Position numbers and translations under genes: made by a program. The notes under the pieces are model-generated. The model searched no databases, was not told where the DNA came from, and was given only the letters and a program-made list of their open reading frames with translations. Positions 28,002 through 35,377 of a stretch of DNA of 64,000 nt are shown one piece after another (position 1 is the first letter of the stretch; each line of letters opens with the position of its first letter). Source of the DNA: an uncultured Bacteroides sp. (GTDB lineage Bacteria > Bacillota > Clostridia > Christensenellales > CAG-917); NCBI GenBank assembly GCA_964644355.1, contig CAZXUW010000003.1, positions 50,066 to 114,065 on the forward strand, written 5' to 3'.

Positions 28002-28077
28002 GCCTCGGTAGCTCAGGTGGTAGAGCAAGGGACTGAAAATCCCTGTGTCGGTGGTTCGAGTCCGCCCCGAGGCACCA
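28002..28077 (+). tRNA. tRNA-Phe (anticodon GAA)
   Basis: Acceptor GCCTCGG/CCGAGGC, anticodon loop CTGAAAA, encoded CCA. Confidence 0.92.
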
Positions 28078-28093
28078 CAAAAACATCTTAATA

Positions 28094-28170
28094 TGCTGGT
28101 GTAGCTCAATAGGCAGAGCAATTGATTTGTAATCAATAGGTTGTTGGTTCGACTCCGATCACCAGCTCCA
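28094..28170 (+). tRNA. tRNA-Thr (anticodon TGT)
   Basis: Acceptor GCTGGTG/CACCAGC, anticodon loop TTTGTAA, encoded CCA. Confidence 0.9.
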
Positions 28171-28173
28171 CAC

Positions 28174-28258
<85 letters not shown>

Positions 28259-28270
28259 CGAAAATTGCAT

Positions 28271-28305
28271 AGGTTTGATACGTTACGTGTCAGACCTTTT
28301 TCTTT
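28271..28305 (+). terminator. intrinsic terminator of the tRNA operon
   Basis: AGGTTTGA-N11-TCAGACCT (one G:U pair) followed by TTTTTCTTT. Confidence 0.65.
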
Positions 28306-28324
28306 ACATAAAAGAGTATTTCCC

Positions 28325-28397
28325 TATTCTCGTATGTAAGTGTAGTTAGCCTTGTAGGAGTGGCCAATAGGTACTATTGCAGGGCTTTTTTCATTTT
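28325..28397 (+). repeat. 72/73-nt direct repeat, copy 1 (ends in a hairpin plus T-tract)
   Basis: TATTCTCGTATGTAAGTGTAGTTAGCCTTGTAGGAGTGGCCAATAGGTACTATTGCAGGGCTTTTTTCATTTT. It is identical to 28569-28640 except for one extra G. Confidence 0.9.
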
Positions 28398-28410
28398 TTG
28401 CGAAGAACTG

Positions 28411-28482
28411 CAGGACGAAAGGGTATCTACGGGACGAAAGGTGGTACTACAGGACGAAAGGTATATCAGAGAAACGAAAGGT
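28411..28482 (+). repeat. iteron array A: 4 x (G/A)(G/A)ACGAAAGG at a 19-20-nt period
   Basis: GGACGAAAGG occurs at 28413, 28432 and 28452, and AAACGAAAGG at 28472. The units also share CTAC/CAGA-type spacers. Confidence 0.85.
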
Positions 28483-28497
28483 TTTTTAGCAGGTGTT

Positions 28498-28560
28498 AGA
28501 ACGATTACCCTAGGTAGCAGAACGATTACTAGGGGTGATAGAACGATTACTCGGTTAAAA
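28498..28560 (+). repeat. iteron array B: 3 x AGAACGATTAC at a 21-nt period
   Basis: Exact 11-mers at 28498, 28519 and 28540, each followed by a G-rich variable segment (CCTAGGTAGC / TAGGGGTGAT / TCGGTTAAAA). Confidence 0.85.
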
Positions 28561-28568
28561 AACGGTGT

Positions 28569-28640
28569 TATTCTCGTATGTAAGTGTAGTTAGCCTTGTA
28601 GGAGTGCCAATAGGTACTATTGCAGGGCTTTTTTCATTTT
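28569..28640 (+). repeat. 72-nt direct repeat, copy 2
   Basis: Same sequence as 28325-28397 minus one G. It is followed by the degenerate iteron-like units GGAACGAAAAC (28655) and TAACGAAACGA (28671). Confidence 0.9.
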
Positions 28641-28703
28641 AGGTATTGCACTACGGAACGAAAACATCATTAACGAAACGATAGGTGGGATTATTATATA
28701 ACA

Positions 28704-30077
28704 CTATTCAATTATATTTGCCAATTTGTCGATATCGGCAAGCTTTAGGCGTTTTGAGAAAATGACGGTTTTGTCACTGTTTTTGAGAACCTTGCCATAG
28801 CTTGTCACTACAATATAACCGTCTACAATTGTAACTCCACAGTAGCCGGTGTCATCGTTGGCAAAATATTCCGGCTCAAATTGACCATCTAGATATGTAT
28901 GTGCAAGTTTAATGCGGTATTGGGAGTTGCAAACACCGTTGTAATACCAATTTTCAAGATCCTCAAAAGTGCCAACCCATGCAACACATCCCTCACTTAC
29001 AAAATGATTTTTGGGTGCACCTGTTGTAAATTTTACATTGCGTTCCACACTCCTAAACGTGATAAACAGCCTATCGCCGTCATACACGGCTTTGTGACGT
29101 TGTCCGTTGAGTTCGCTTGGCAACTCTTTAAGTTCGCTCCAAGTTTTCCCCTCGTCATATGAAAATGCCATAAGACTGTTTATAAGCCTTGTTTCGCTTC
29201 TGGTGATCATGCACAGCACGTCTCCGTTTCCCTGCTCGCTTCTTATGACAAGCACTTCGCAAGCTTTGGTGGCTTTAGCTTTGAGAGTTTGATTTATGCT
29301 TTTGCCCTTTTGATTATATGAGTTTTGAAGATATTCGACAGGCTTGCTCCAACACATTTTTCCGCCGTCAAAAGACAAAACAGTGCTGTATAGTTTGAAA
29401 TTGTTGTCGTGGAAGAATCCCATCCATCTATCGACAAATTTTCCATTTTCTTTGAGTCTCACAAGCGAACTCATGGCAACAATTGGATAAAGATGTGGAT
29501 TGTCACCTTCACCGTAAAAACGCTCAAATTCACTCCAAACGCCATCACTATAGAGGCTCACGCAAAAACCGTTGCCTTGCTTATATCCCACCCATTTGGG
29601 GCATGCGCTGACAAGAATGTACTTGACGCTTCCATCAACAAAATCAAGCCTAAATACAGTTGGCGTTTCTTCGCTATATTTCCAACTTTCGGGAAGATTG
29701 TCAAGTCTTTCAGAATACGTTTTTCCGCAATCTAATGAGGTTTTTACGGCAATTTCACCCTTTCCGTGTCCAAGTGCGTAAAAGGTGCAAAGTGCATCGT
29801 TGCCTTCTGCATCTTCCATCACTATGCTGTCAGGATGAGCAAGATATGTCTCCCCTTTATCCCCGTGATCCACCACGGTGAAATCATACAAATATTCAAG
29901 TTCGCAAGGCAAATTGTTTGGCTTGATTGAAAGGTCGATTCGAGTTGTCGTATACGTTTTGCCAACGGATGAGAATAAGCCAAAATAGACGCTCGTCAAA
30001 ATGACGGCAAGCACCATAATCACGCATACCGTTGAAATTATTGCTATTTTTGCCCTTTTGCCAACTCTTGCTCTCAT
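28704..30077 (-). CDS. membrane-anchored BNR/Asp-box repeat protein (sialidase-like beta-propeller glycosidase)
   Basis: 457-aa ORF with an N-terminal signal-anchor TM and the Asp-box motifs SLDCGKTYS and SYDEGKTWS. Confidence 0.6.
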   Translation of the reverse strand: MRARVGKRAKIAIISTVCVIMVLAVILTSVYFGLFSSVGKTYTTTRIDLSIKPNNLPCELEYLYDFTVVDHGDKGETYLAHPDSIVMEDAEGNDALCTFYALGHGKGEIAVKTSLDCGKTYSERLDNLPESWKYSEETPTVFRLDFVDGSVKYILVSACPKWVGYKQGNGFCVSLYSDGVWSEFERFYGEGDNPHLYPIVAMSSLVRLKENGKFVDRWMGFFHDNNFKLYSTVLSFDGGKMCWSKPVEYLQNSYNQKGKSINQTLKAKATKACEVLVIRSEQGNGDVLCMITRSETRLINSLMAFSYDEGKTWSELKELPSELNGQRHKAVYDGDRLFITFRSVERNVKFTTGAPKNHFVSEGCVAWVGTFEDLENWYYNGVCNSQYRIKLAHTYLDGQFEPEYFANDDTGYCGVTIVDGYIVVTSYGKVLKNSDKTVIFSKRLKLADIDKLANIIE

Positions 30078-30081
30078 AAAT

Positions 30082-31305
30082 CTATTGTTTGACGTATTCG
30101 TCTGATTTTATTGCAAATTTCTTTTTCATTCTGCCGTTGAGTACTTCGCTCATAACGAGCATAATAAGGACAAATACCAGCAAATACGACCAGTATAGGC
30201 CTACACTCACATGCTCTGCAAGCAGACCGAACAATGGTGGCATCGCAACCATACCCATATAGCCGAATGCCATCTGAACACCCATAATTGCTTGCGAATT
30301 CTCCTTGCCGAAATACCTCGGCATAGAGTGCAAAATTGCAGGATAAATCGGTGCACAGCCAAAGCCGATTACAACAAGCCCTGCAAGAACACATCCGTCG
30401 TCCTCAACCGGAAGTGCCACAAGCATAATGCCGAGCAAAATGATTGCCGTACCGCCACGAATAAGCGTTTTGTCCCCTATCTTGTCTGCAAAAAAGCCAG
30501 CAATAGCTCTGCCAACCGTTATGCCGATATAGAAAAACGATGCAAATTTTGAGGCAATCAAAGCATCTATGCCCTTGTATTGCACAAGATAGCTCGTTGC
30601 CCACAAACCTGCTGTTTGCTCCATAGCGCAGTAAGCAAAAAATGCAACAAATGCAAGCATAACGCCATTGATTTTGATAACTTCTCTTGTGGAAACTTTT
30701 TTCTTTGGCTCGTCAACACTTTCAACACTTCCGCGAGCTTTTAGCAATCTATCTTTTTCGACCTTTTTCCATAGCGGAAGTGATGCAAAAAGTAGCACCA
30801 CAAGCATAACTTGTATGTAGAATACAATGCGGAAGCCACTGCCCCAGCCAAGTCCGCCTGTGAGTGCGTAGCTCATGATATATGGACTTATGGATGCACC
30901 TACACCCCACATACAATGAAGCCAATTGTAATGTCTTGCGGGATAATTGACTGCCGTGTAGCTGTTGAGTCCGGCATCAACTGCCCCAGCCCCCAAACCG
31001 TACGGAATGGCAAACACAACAAGCATCCAAAAGGCATTTGCAAAGGAAAATCCTATAAGACCGATTGCCGTAAGCAATACGCTTACCGCCGTCAAAAGCC
31101 CTGTGCCAAGCTTGTTGATAAGCGAATTTGAAAAAGCGCTCGATATTATCGTGCCAATCGAAATAATCGTCGTGATGATGCCCGCACCACTCATGCCCAC
31201 GCCAAGATCCACGTGCATAACAGGCCACGCTGAACCAATAAGCGAGTCGGGCAATCCGAGGCTTATGAATGACAGATAAATGATTGCAAGAAGTAATGAA
31301 TACAT
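30082..31305 (-). CDS. MFS transporter
   Basis: 407-aa ORF with about 12 predicted TM segments and a central charged loop. Confidence 0.85.
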   Translation of the reverse strand: MYSLLLAIIYLSFISLGLPDSLIGSAWPVMHVDLGVGMSGAGIITTIISIGTIISSAFSNSLINKLGTGLLTAVSVLLTAIGLIGFSFANAFWMLVVFAIPYGLGAGAVDAGLNSYTAVNYPARHYNWLHCMWGVGASISPYIMSYALTGGLGWGSGFRIVFYIQVMLVVLLFASLPLWKKVEKDRLLKARGSVESVDEPKKKVSTREVIKINGVMLAFVAFFAYCAMEQTAGLWATSYLVQYKGIDALIASKFASFFYIGITVGRAIAGFFADKIGDKTLIRGGTAIILLGIMLVALPVEDDGCVLAGLVVIGFGCAPIYPAILHSMPRYFGKENSQAIMGVQMAFGYMGMVAMPPLFGLLAEHVSVGLYWSYLLVFVLIMLVMSEVLNGRMKKKFAIKSDEYVKQ

Positions 31306-31349
31306 ATCTTCAGCTCTTTTTCAGCAGATTTATCAATAAAAGTCACTAT

Positions 31350-31964
31350 CTACGGTCGTCTCATGGCATAGTGCTTTATGCCACGCCACTCGATCGTCTC
31401 AAGAAGTTCAAATCCAAGTTTTTGATATATTGCAACGTCAACCTCGTCCTGCGTTTCTAGATATATGGGATTGTCACCGCAGATCTCGTTGATCATCTTT
31501 TTTAGTCTGCCTTTGCCTCTTTCGCTCTTGATTACGCCGATGTTCTTAATATAATAGTCGGTGTGTGGATCAAAGTGCCTTGAGGAAACTTCCTCTGCCA
31601 TTTTGACATACTCAAGAGCAATTTTGAATTGCTTGATGCCAACTGCAGAGAAAAACGCAACGTCAAAAAACGGATTGAGAAAGAGTGGCTTTGCAGAATA
31701 TTCTCTATCACCGATTACAACTTGATTGCCATAGTCGTCAGTGACGATCTTGGATGGCTTTTTGATTGAACAAAGTCCACAAAAATCATCATCTATATAC
31801 GTGAAATCTTTTGCCATATACACTTCAAGACGATATAAATAATATCGTCTTTTGAGGCGATTGCGGTCATATCCAAAAAGGATATCATATCCCTCATACT
31901 CCGAAAAGATATTCGCAAAAACCTTGCAAGCTTTCTTAAGTTGACTTCTCTTCATTTTTTCCAT
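31350..31964 (-). CDS. GNAT-family N-acetyltransferase
   Basis: 204-aa ORF with an acetyl-CoA motif-A-like segment IGVIKSERGKGRLKKMINEI near the C-terminus. Confidence 0.6.
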   Translation of the reverse strand: MEKMKRSQLKKACKVFANIFSEYEGYDILFGYDRNRLKRRYYLYRLEVYMAKDFTYIDDDFCGLCSIKKPSKIVTDDYGNQVVIGDREYSAKPLFLNPFFDVAFFSAVGIKQFKIALEYVKMAEEVSSRHFDPHTDYYIKNIGVIKSERGKGRLKKMINEICGDNPIYLETQDEVDVAIYQKLGFELLETIEWRGIKHYAMRRP

Positions 31965-31970
31965 ATCGTT

Positions 31971-31999
31971 ATACTATCATAACAAAATTTCTTTTTCAA
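31971..31999 (-). promoter_or_regulatory. sigma-A-type promoter placed for a leaderless GNAT transcript
   Basis: On the minus strand: TTGAAA (31999-31994), a 17-nt spacer, then TAGTAT (31976-31971). Only 6 nt separate the -10 from ATG 31964, and there is no SD. Confidence 0.45.
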
Positions 32000-32013
32000 C
32001 AAAATATCAAAAG

Positions 32014-32037
32014 ATACATATATAATTATATATGTAT
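32014..32037. promoter_or_regulatory. 24-bp perfect palindrome abutting the recombinase -35
   Basis: ATACATATATAA|TTATATATGTAT. Its last base is the first T of the TTGACA -35 box. Confidence 0.8.
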
Positions 32038-32065
32038 TGACATTTTACGAATAGTTTGCTAAAAT
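32037..32065 (+). promoter_or_regulatory. sigma-A-type promoter of the recombinase gene
   Basis: TTGACA, a 17-nt spacer, then TAAAAT. The AAGGGG RBS lies 8 nt before ATG 32099. Confidence 0.65.
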
Positions 32066-32098
32066 TTTAATATGCAAAAAAACTAAGGGGAAATTGCA

Positions 32099-33172
32099 AT
32101 GTCAAACTACTTTAGCGAAAGAGACAAAAAACTCTCAAAACGACTTAGAAAACTGAGAGATCTGCTCCCTGAATTCTGTGAGGAATTCTTTGTGGGAATC
32201 GAACCGCAAACAACCATGCTTACAAGGCTGAATTATGCCTACGACTTGCGTATATTCTTTGACTATTTACTAAAAAACGTACGCACCTTTAGAGATTATC
32301 AAGACGTTTATGATTTTGTTGTGGAGGATATGGACAAAATCACGCTGTCCAATTTGGAAGCTTATATGGAATATCTCACCTTCTATGAATTTGACGGACG
32401 AGAGTACACCAATCAAGAAAAAGGCAAATCCCGAAAAATCTCAACCGTGAGGACGTTTTTCAAGTATCTATTCAATCATAATTATATTGCATCCAACGTT
32501 TCTGCAAAGCTTACAATGCCAAAACAGCACGACAAAGACATAATTAGACTTGAAAGAAACGAGGTTGAACGCATACTTGATGCCGCAGAGTCAGGCATGG
32601 GAATGAGCGAGCATCAACGCAAAATTCAACGCAATACACACGCTCGTGACTTTGCAATCGTCAGCTTGCTTTTGGGCACGGGTATTCGTGTGAGCGAGCT
32701 TGTTGGACTCAATTTGACGGATATAGATTTCAACACAAACGCTTTTACAATCACCAGAAAAGGCGGAAACCAAGCAATTTTGTACTTTGGAAGCGAAGTC
32801 GCAGACGCACTTCAAAACTACATCGCAACAGAAAGGCAGGCACTCGTCAACCGCTCAGAAAAAATCAAAATCGAGGATCAAGATGCCCTATTTCTCTCTT
32901 TGCAAGTTAGACGCCTTTGCGTGCGTGCTGTGGAAAACATAATCAAAAAATATGCTCAAACCGCAGCTCCCCTTAAAAAAATATCTCCACACAAACTGCG
33001 TAGCACGTATGGCACAAACCTCTATCGTGCCACAGGTGACATATATCTCGTTGCCGACGTGCTTGGACATAGAGACGTCAACACCACCAAAAAACACTAT
33101 GCGGCAATTGAAGAAGATCACAGAAAGCTCGCTGCTGAAGTTGTCAAACTCCGTCACAAAGATGAGGATTAA
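32099..33172 (+). CDS. tyrosine site-specific recombinase (Xer/integrase family, long 357-aa form)
   Basis: Catalytic signature: R in LLLGTGIRVSEL, HKLRST (HxxR), and LGHRDVNTTKKHY (H..Y). It has an N-terminal SAM-like core-binding domain and an ITRKGGNQ motif. Confidence 0.9.
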   Translation: MSNYFSERDKKLSKRLRKLRDLLPEFCEEFFVGIEPQTTMLTRLNYAYDLRIFFDYLLKNVRTFRDYQDVYDFVVEDMDKITLSNLEAYMEYLTFYEFDGREYTNQEKGKSRKISTVRTFFKYLFNHNYIASNVSAKLTMPKQHDKDIIRLERNEVERILDAAESGMGMSEHQRKIQRNTHARDFAIVSLLLGTGIRVSELVGLNLTDIDFNTNAFTITRKGGNQAILYFGSEVADALQNYIATERQALVNRSEKIKIEDQDALFLSLQVRRLCVRAVENIIKKYAQTAAPLKKISPHKLRSTYGTNLYRATGDIYLVADVLGHRDVNTTKKHYAAIEEDHRKLAAEVVKLRHKDED

Positions 33173-33185
33173 AATGCAAAATTCG

Positions 33186-33215
33186 CCTATTTTCTCATCA
33201 AATTGAGAAAATAGG
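33186..33215 (+). terminator. 12-bp perfect hairpin after the recombinase gene
   Basis: CCTATTTTCTCA-TCAAAT-TGAGAAAATAGG. The following tract TATTAT is only weakly U-rich. Confidence 0.55.
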
Positions 33216-33227
33216 TATTATAGAATA

Positions 33228-33268
33228 TTGACTTTATTATAATAGTTTGATAAAATTTGATTATCAAA
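33228..33268 (+). promoter_or_regulatory. sigma-A-type promoter of the PadR-fusion gene, with an overlapping inverted repeat
   Basis: TTGACT (33228-33233), a 17-nt spacer, then TAAAAT (33251-33256). The inverted repeat TTTGATAA-N7-TTATCAAA (33246-33268) overlaps the -10. Confidence 0.6.
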
Positions 33269-33283
33269 TAAGGGAGAAAGCAA

Positions 33284-35323
33284 ATGGATATTTCTTCTGT
33301 GAACAGTGATCTGATTCGTGGCAATGTGACAACCATTATTCTCGGTTGTCTAAAAAATCAAGATCGCTACGGTTATGAAATCCTCAAGGAAATCGAGGAC
33401 AAGAGCAATTCGCAATACGTTCTAAAGCAAGCCACCCTCTACAATCAGCTCAAAAGACTTGAAAAACAAGGGCTTGTTTCCTCATACGACGGAAGTCCGG
33501 ACGAGACAGGCGGTGGCAAACGCAGATATTATTCCCTCACAAAAGAAGGACACACCTATCTTGAGAAGGAAAAGAGCGAATATGAATATTCACGCACCAT
33601 CCTTGACAAACTTGTCTCTGATGACGAGTTTGACTTTAGAAAAGAAATCCCCTTCGATGCCAGCGAATTACGCCCATACTCAAAGCGTGACCCCGAGGAT
33701 AAACCAAAAGTGGTATACAAAGACAAAATCGTTGAAAAGCGTGTGTTTTTGGATCGTTACGGCAATGAAGTGAGCGAGGATGATGTTGAAAATCTGCGTG
33801 AAAAGGCAGAGCAAGAGGATGCAAATGCTCGCAACACTCTTGAACAACTTGCTCAAAAAGAGGCGGAAGCTCAAGCATTGTTGAGAAAAAAGCAAGAGGA
33901 AGCTCTCTATCAGCAAGAAATCTTGCGTAAAAGCAGAGAGAATGAGTCAAGACAACGTCAACAACTTCTCCAAAATGAGCAAAATGCTATTGAAAGAGAG
34001 GAAAAACTCCGCCAAACAGAACAACAACTTCGCAAGGCTGAAGAAGATAAAGAGCTTGTGAAAGCTATGCTCCGCAAAATGGAAGAAGAAAAGCTTCGTG
34101 AAGAAGAAATCAAGCGTGCAGAGCAAGAAGCCGAACAAAAACGTCTTGAGGAAGAGCGTATTTTGGCAGAGCAAGAAGCCGAGCGTAAACGTCAAGAACA
34201 AGCAAAACCCGCTCAAACTCTTGAAGAAATGTTTGCAAAGCTCGATGCAGAGTCCGAATATAAGCAACAACAAGAAAAAAGAGCCGAGAGATATGTGTTT
34301 GAAAATGCTCAACCCGAGGAACATACTTACATAAACGGTTACACCAACCAAGTTGAGCACGAGACTCGCTCACAAACCTCTTTGAAAGACATTTTCAAGC
34401 ATCTAGATGAGCGTGAAGCGGAAATCGATAGAGAAAAAGAGGAAGAAGAAAGAGCTCTTGCAGAGTACGAAGCTCAAAAAGAACGTAAAAAAGAGGAGCA
34501 ATGGGCAATTGCAAACTCAATGCATGAGCAAGCAACCGAGTCCGCTCCACCACCCGCTCCGCAACCTGAAATCAATCCAACTCCTGCACACGACTACTAT
34601 CCTGCCGAGCTTGAAACTCAAAACAAATCATACTCTGCACCAACCGACAAGGGCACGTTTGTGACGTCAGCTGTTGTCAATCGTCAAGAAGGCGGATTTG
34701 AATATGAAAAGGACGACGTAAATTATCGCGACTTCTTCGTATCCCTCCAAGAGCAAAACGATAGGATAGAAAAAGAGGAAAAACCACAAAATCAAAACTT
34801 CGACTATGCCGACAGCGACATAAAAACAAGACTGTATGCAAAGGGTTTCAAAATCCGCCCGTATGACAGAGGAAACACGTCTGAATACTACACTTTCAAC
34901 TTTATTCAGTCAAATCGCATAAGTCGTGATACGTTCTTGATCATATTGGCATTCTTCGTTGCAGAAATTGCAATTATGTGGGCTTCGCTTGCAACAAGAG
35001 TGAGCTACGTCTACTTCCTGCCAATCCTGCTTGTTGGATGTGCTCTCTGCCTTGTGCCGACAGTGGTGTATCTGATGAATCCAACAAAACGAGTGCGAGC
35101 AAACTTCAACTTTAAGCTGTCAATACTCAACCGCACAATGTTGTTTATTGAGCTTACAGTGGTGTGCATACTCATCGGCTTCTTCGCACTGGGAGCAAAC
35201 GTCAATGATATGGATCTCATCATCAAATCAATCATACTTCCGATGGTGCTCCTCACCAACCTTCCATTAAGCTCATTGATCTATTGGCTGTTGTACAGGA
35301 CAAGAAAATATCACACAGCATAA
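33284..35323 (+). CDS. PadR-type winged-helix domain fused to a long coiled coil and a C-terminal 4-TM domain
   Basis: 679-aa ORF. Residues 1-95 match PadR (..RYGYEILKEI..ATLYNQLKRLEKQGLV..RRYYSLTKEG). About 250 aa are E/K/Q/R-rich heptad-like sequence, followed by a Pro-rich linker and four hydrophobic helices in the last roughly 140 aa. Confidence 0.8.
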   Translation: MDISSVNSDLIRGNVTTIILGCLKNQDRYGYEILKEIEDKSNSQYVLKQATLYNQLKRLEKQGLVSSYDGSPDETGGGKRRYYSLTKEGHTYLEKEKSEYEYSRTILDKLVSDDEFDFRKEIPFDASELRPYSKRDPEDKPKVVYKDKIVEKRVFLDRYGNEVSEDDVENLREKAEQEDANARNTLEQLAQKEAEAQALLRKKQEEALYQQEILRKSRENESRQRQQLLQNEQNAIEREEKLRQTEQQLRKAEEDKELVKAMLRKMEEEKLREEEIKRAEQEAEQKRLEEERILAEQEAERKRQEQAKPAQTLEEMFAKLDAESEYKQQQEKRAERYVFENAQPEEHTYINGYTNQVEHETRSQTSLKDIFKHLDEREAEIDREKEEEERALAEYEAQKERKKEEQWAIANSMHEQATESAPPPAPQPEINPTPAHDYYPAELETQNKSYSAPTDKGTFVTSAVVNRQEGGFEYEKDDVNYRDFFVSLQEQNDRIEKEEKPQNQNFDYADSDIKTRLYAKGFKIRPYDRGNTSEYYTFNFIQSNRISRDTFLIILAFFVAEIAIMWASLATRVSYVYFLPILLVGCALCLVPTVVYLMNPTKRVRANFNFKLSILNRTMLFIELTVVCILIGFFALGANVNDMDLIIKSIILPMVLLTNLPLSSLIYWLLYRTRKYHTA

Positions 35324-35342
35324 AAAATTAACTCAAGAATAC

Positions 35343-35377
35343 GAATGATACGGATACACTCCGTATCATTCTTTTAT
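35343..35377 (+). terminator. intrinsic terminator after the PadR-fusion gene
   Basis: GAATGATACGGA-TACAC-TCCGTATCATTC followed by TTTTAT. Confidence 0.8.

Noticed and set aside
28360-28593. A 77-aa ORF spanning the repeat locus (QDER.. and RTIT.. repeats)
   Set aside because: The apparent peptide repeats are by-products of the nucleotide iterons. The 19/20-nt units shift frame from unit to unit. The ORF starts at a GTG inside repeat copy 1 and has no RBS.
28325-28640. Possible CRISPR array
   Set aside because: There are only two copies of a 72-nt repeat, which is far longer than CRISPR repeats. The so-called spacer is itself made of short tandem iterons. No cas genes are in the window.
32014-32037. 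The 24-bp palindrome as a chromosomal dif site
   Set aside because: The sequence does not resemble the Firmicute dif consensus (..TATATATTATGTAAACT). The flanking core genes show no switch of coding-strand bias, so this is not the terminus. AT-only TATATA-type palindromic runs are common in this genome's promoters (for example 21397-21427 and 60147-60175). It is kept only as an operator or core-site hypothesis.
33947-34360. A 137-aa minus-strand ORF (and other overlapping ORFs) inside the coiled-coil region of the PadR fusion
   Set aside because: It is antisense to a GAA/AAG-rich low-complexity coding region. The product is a Leu/Phe-rich low-complexity artefact.
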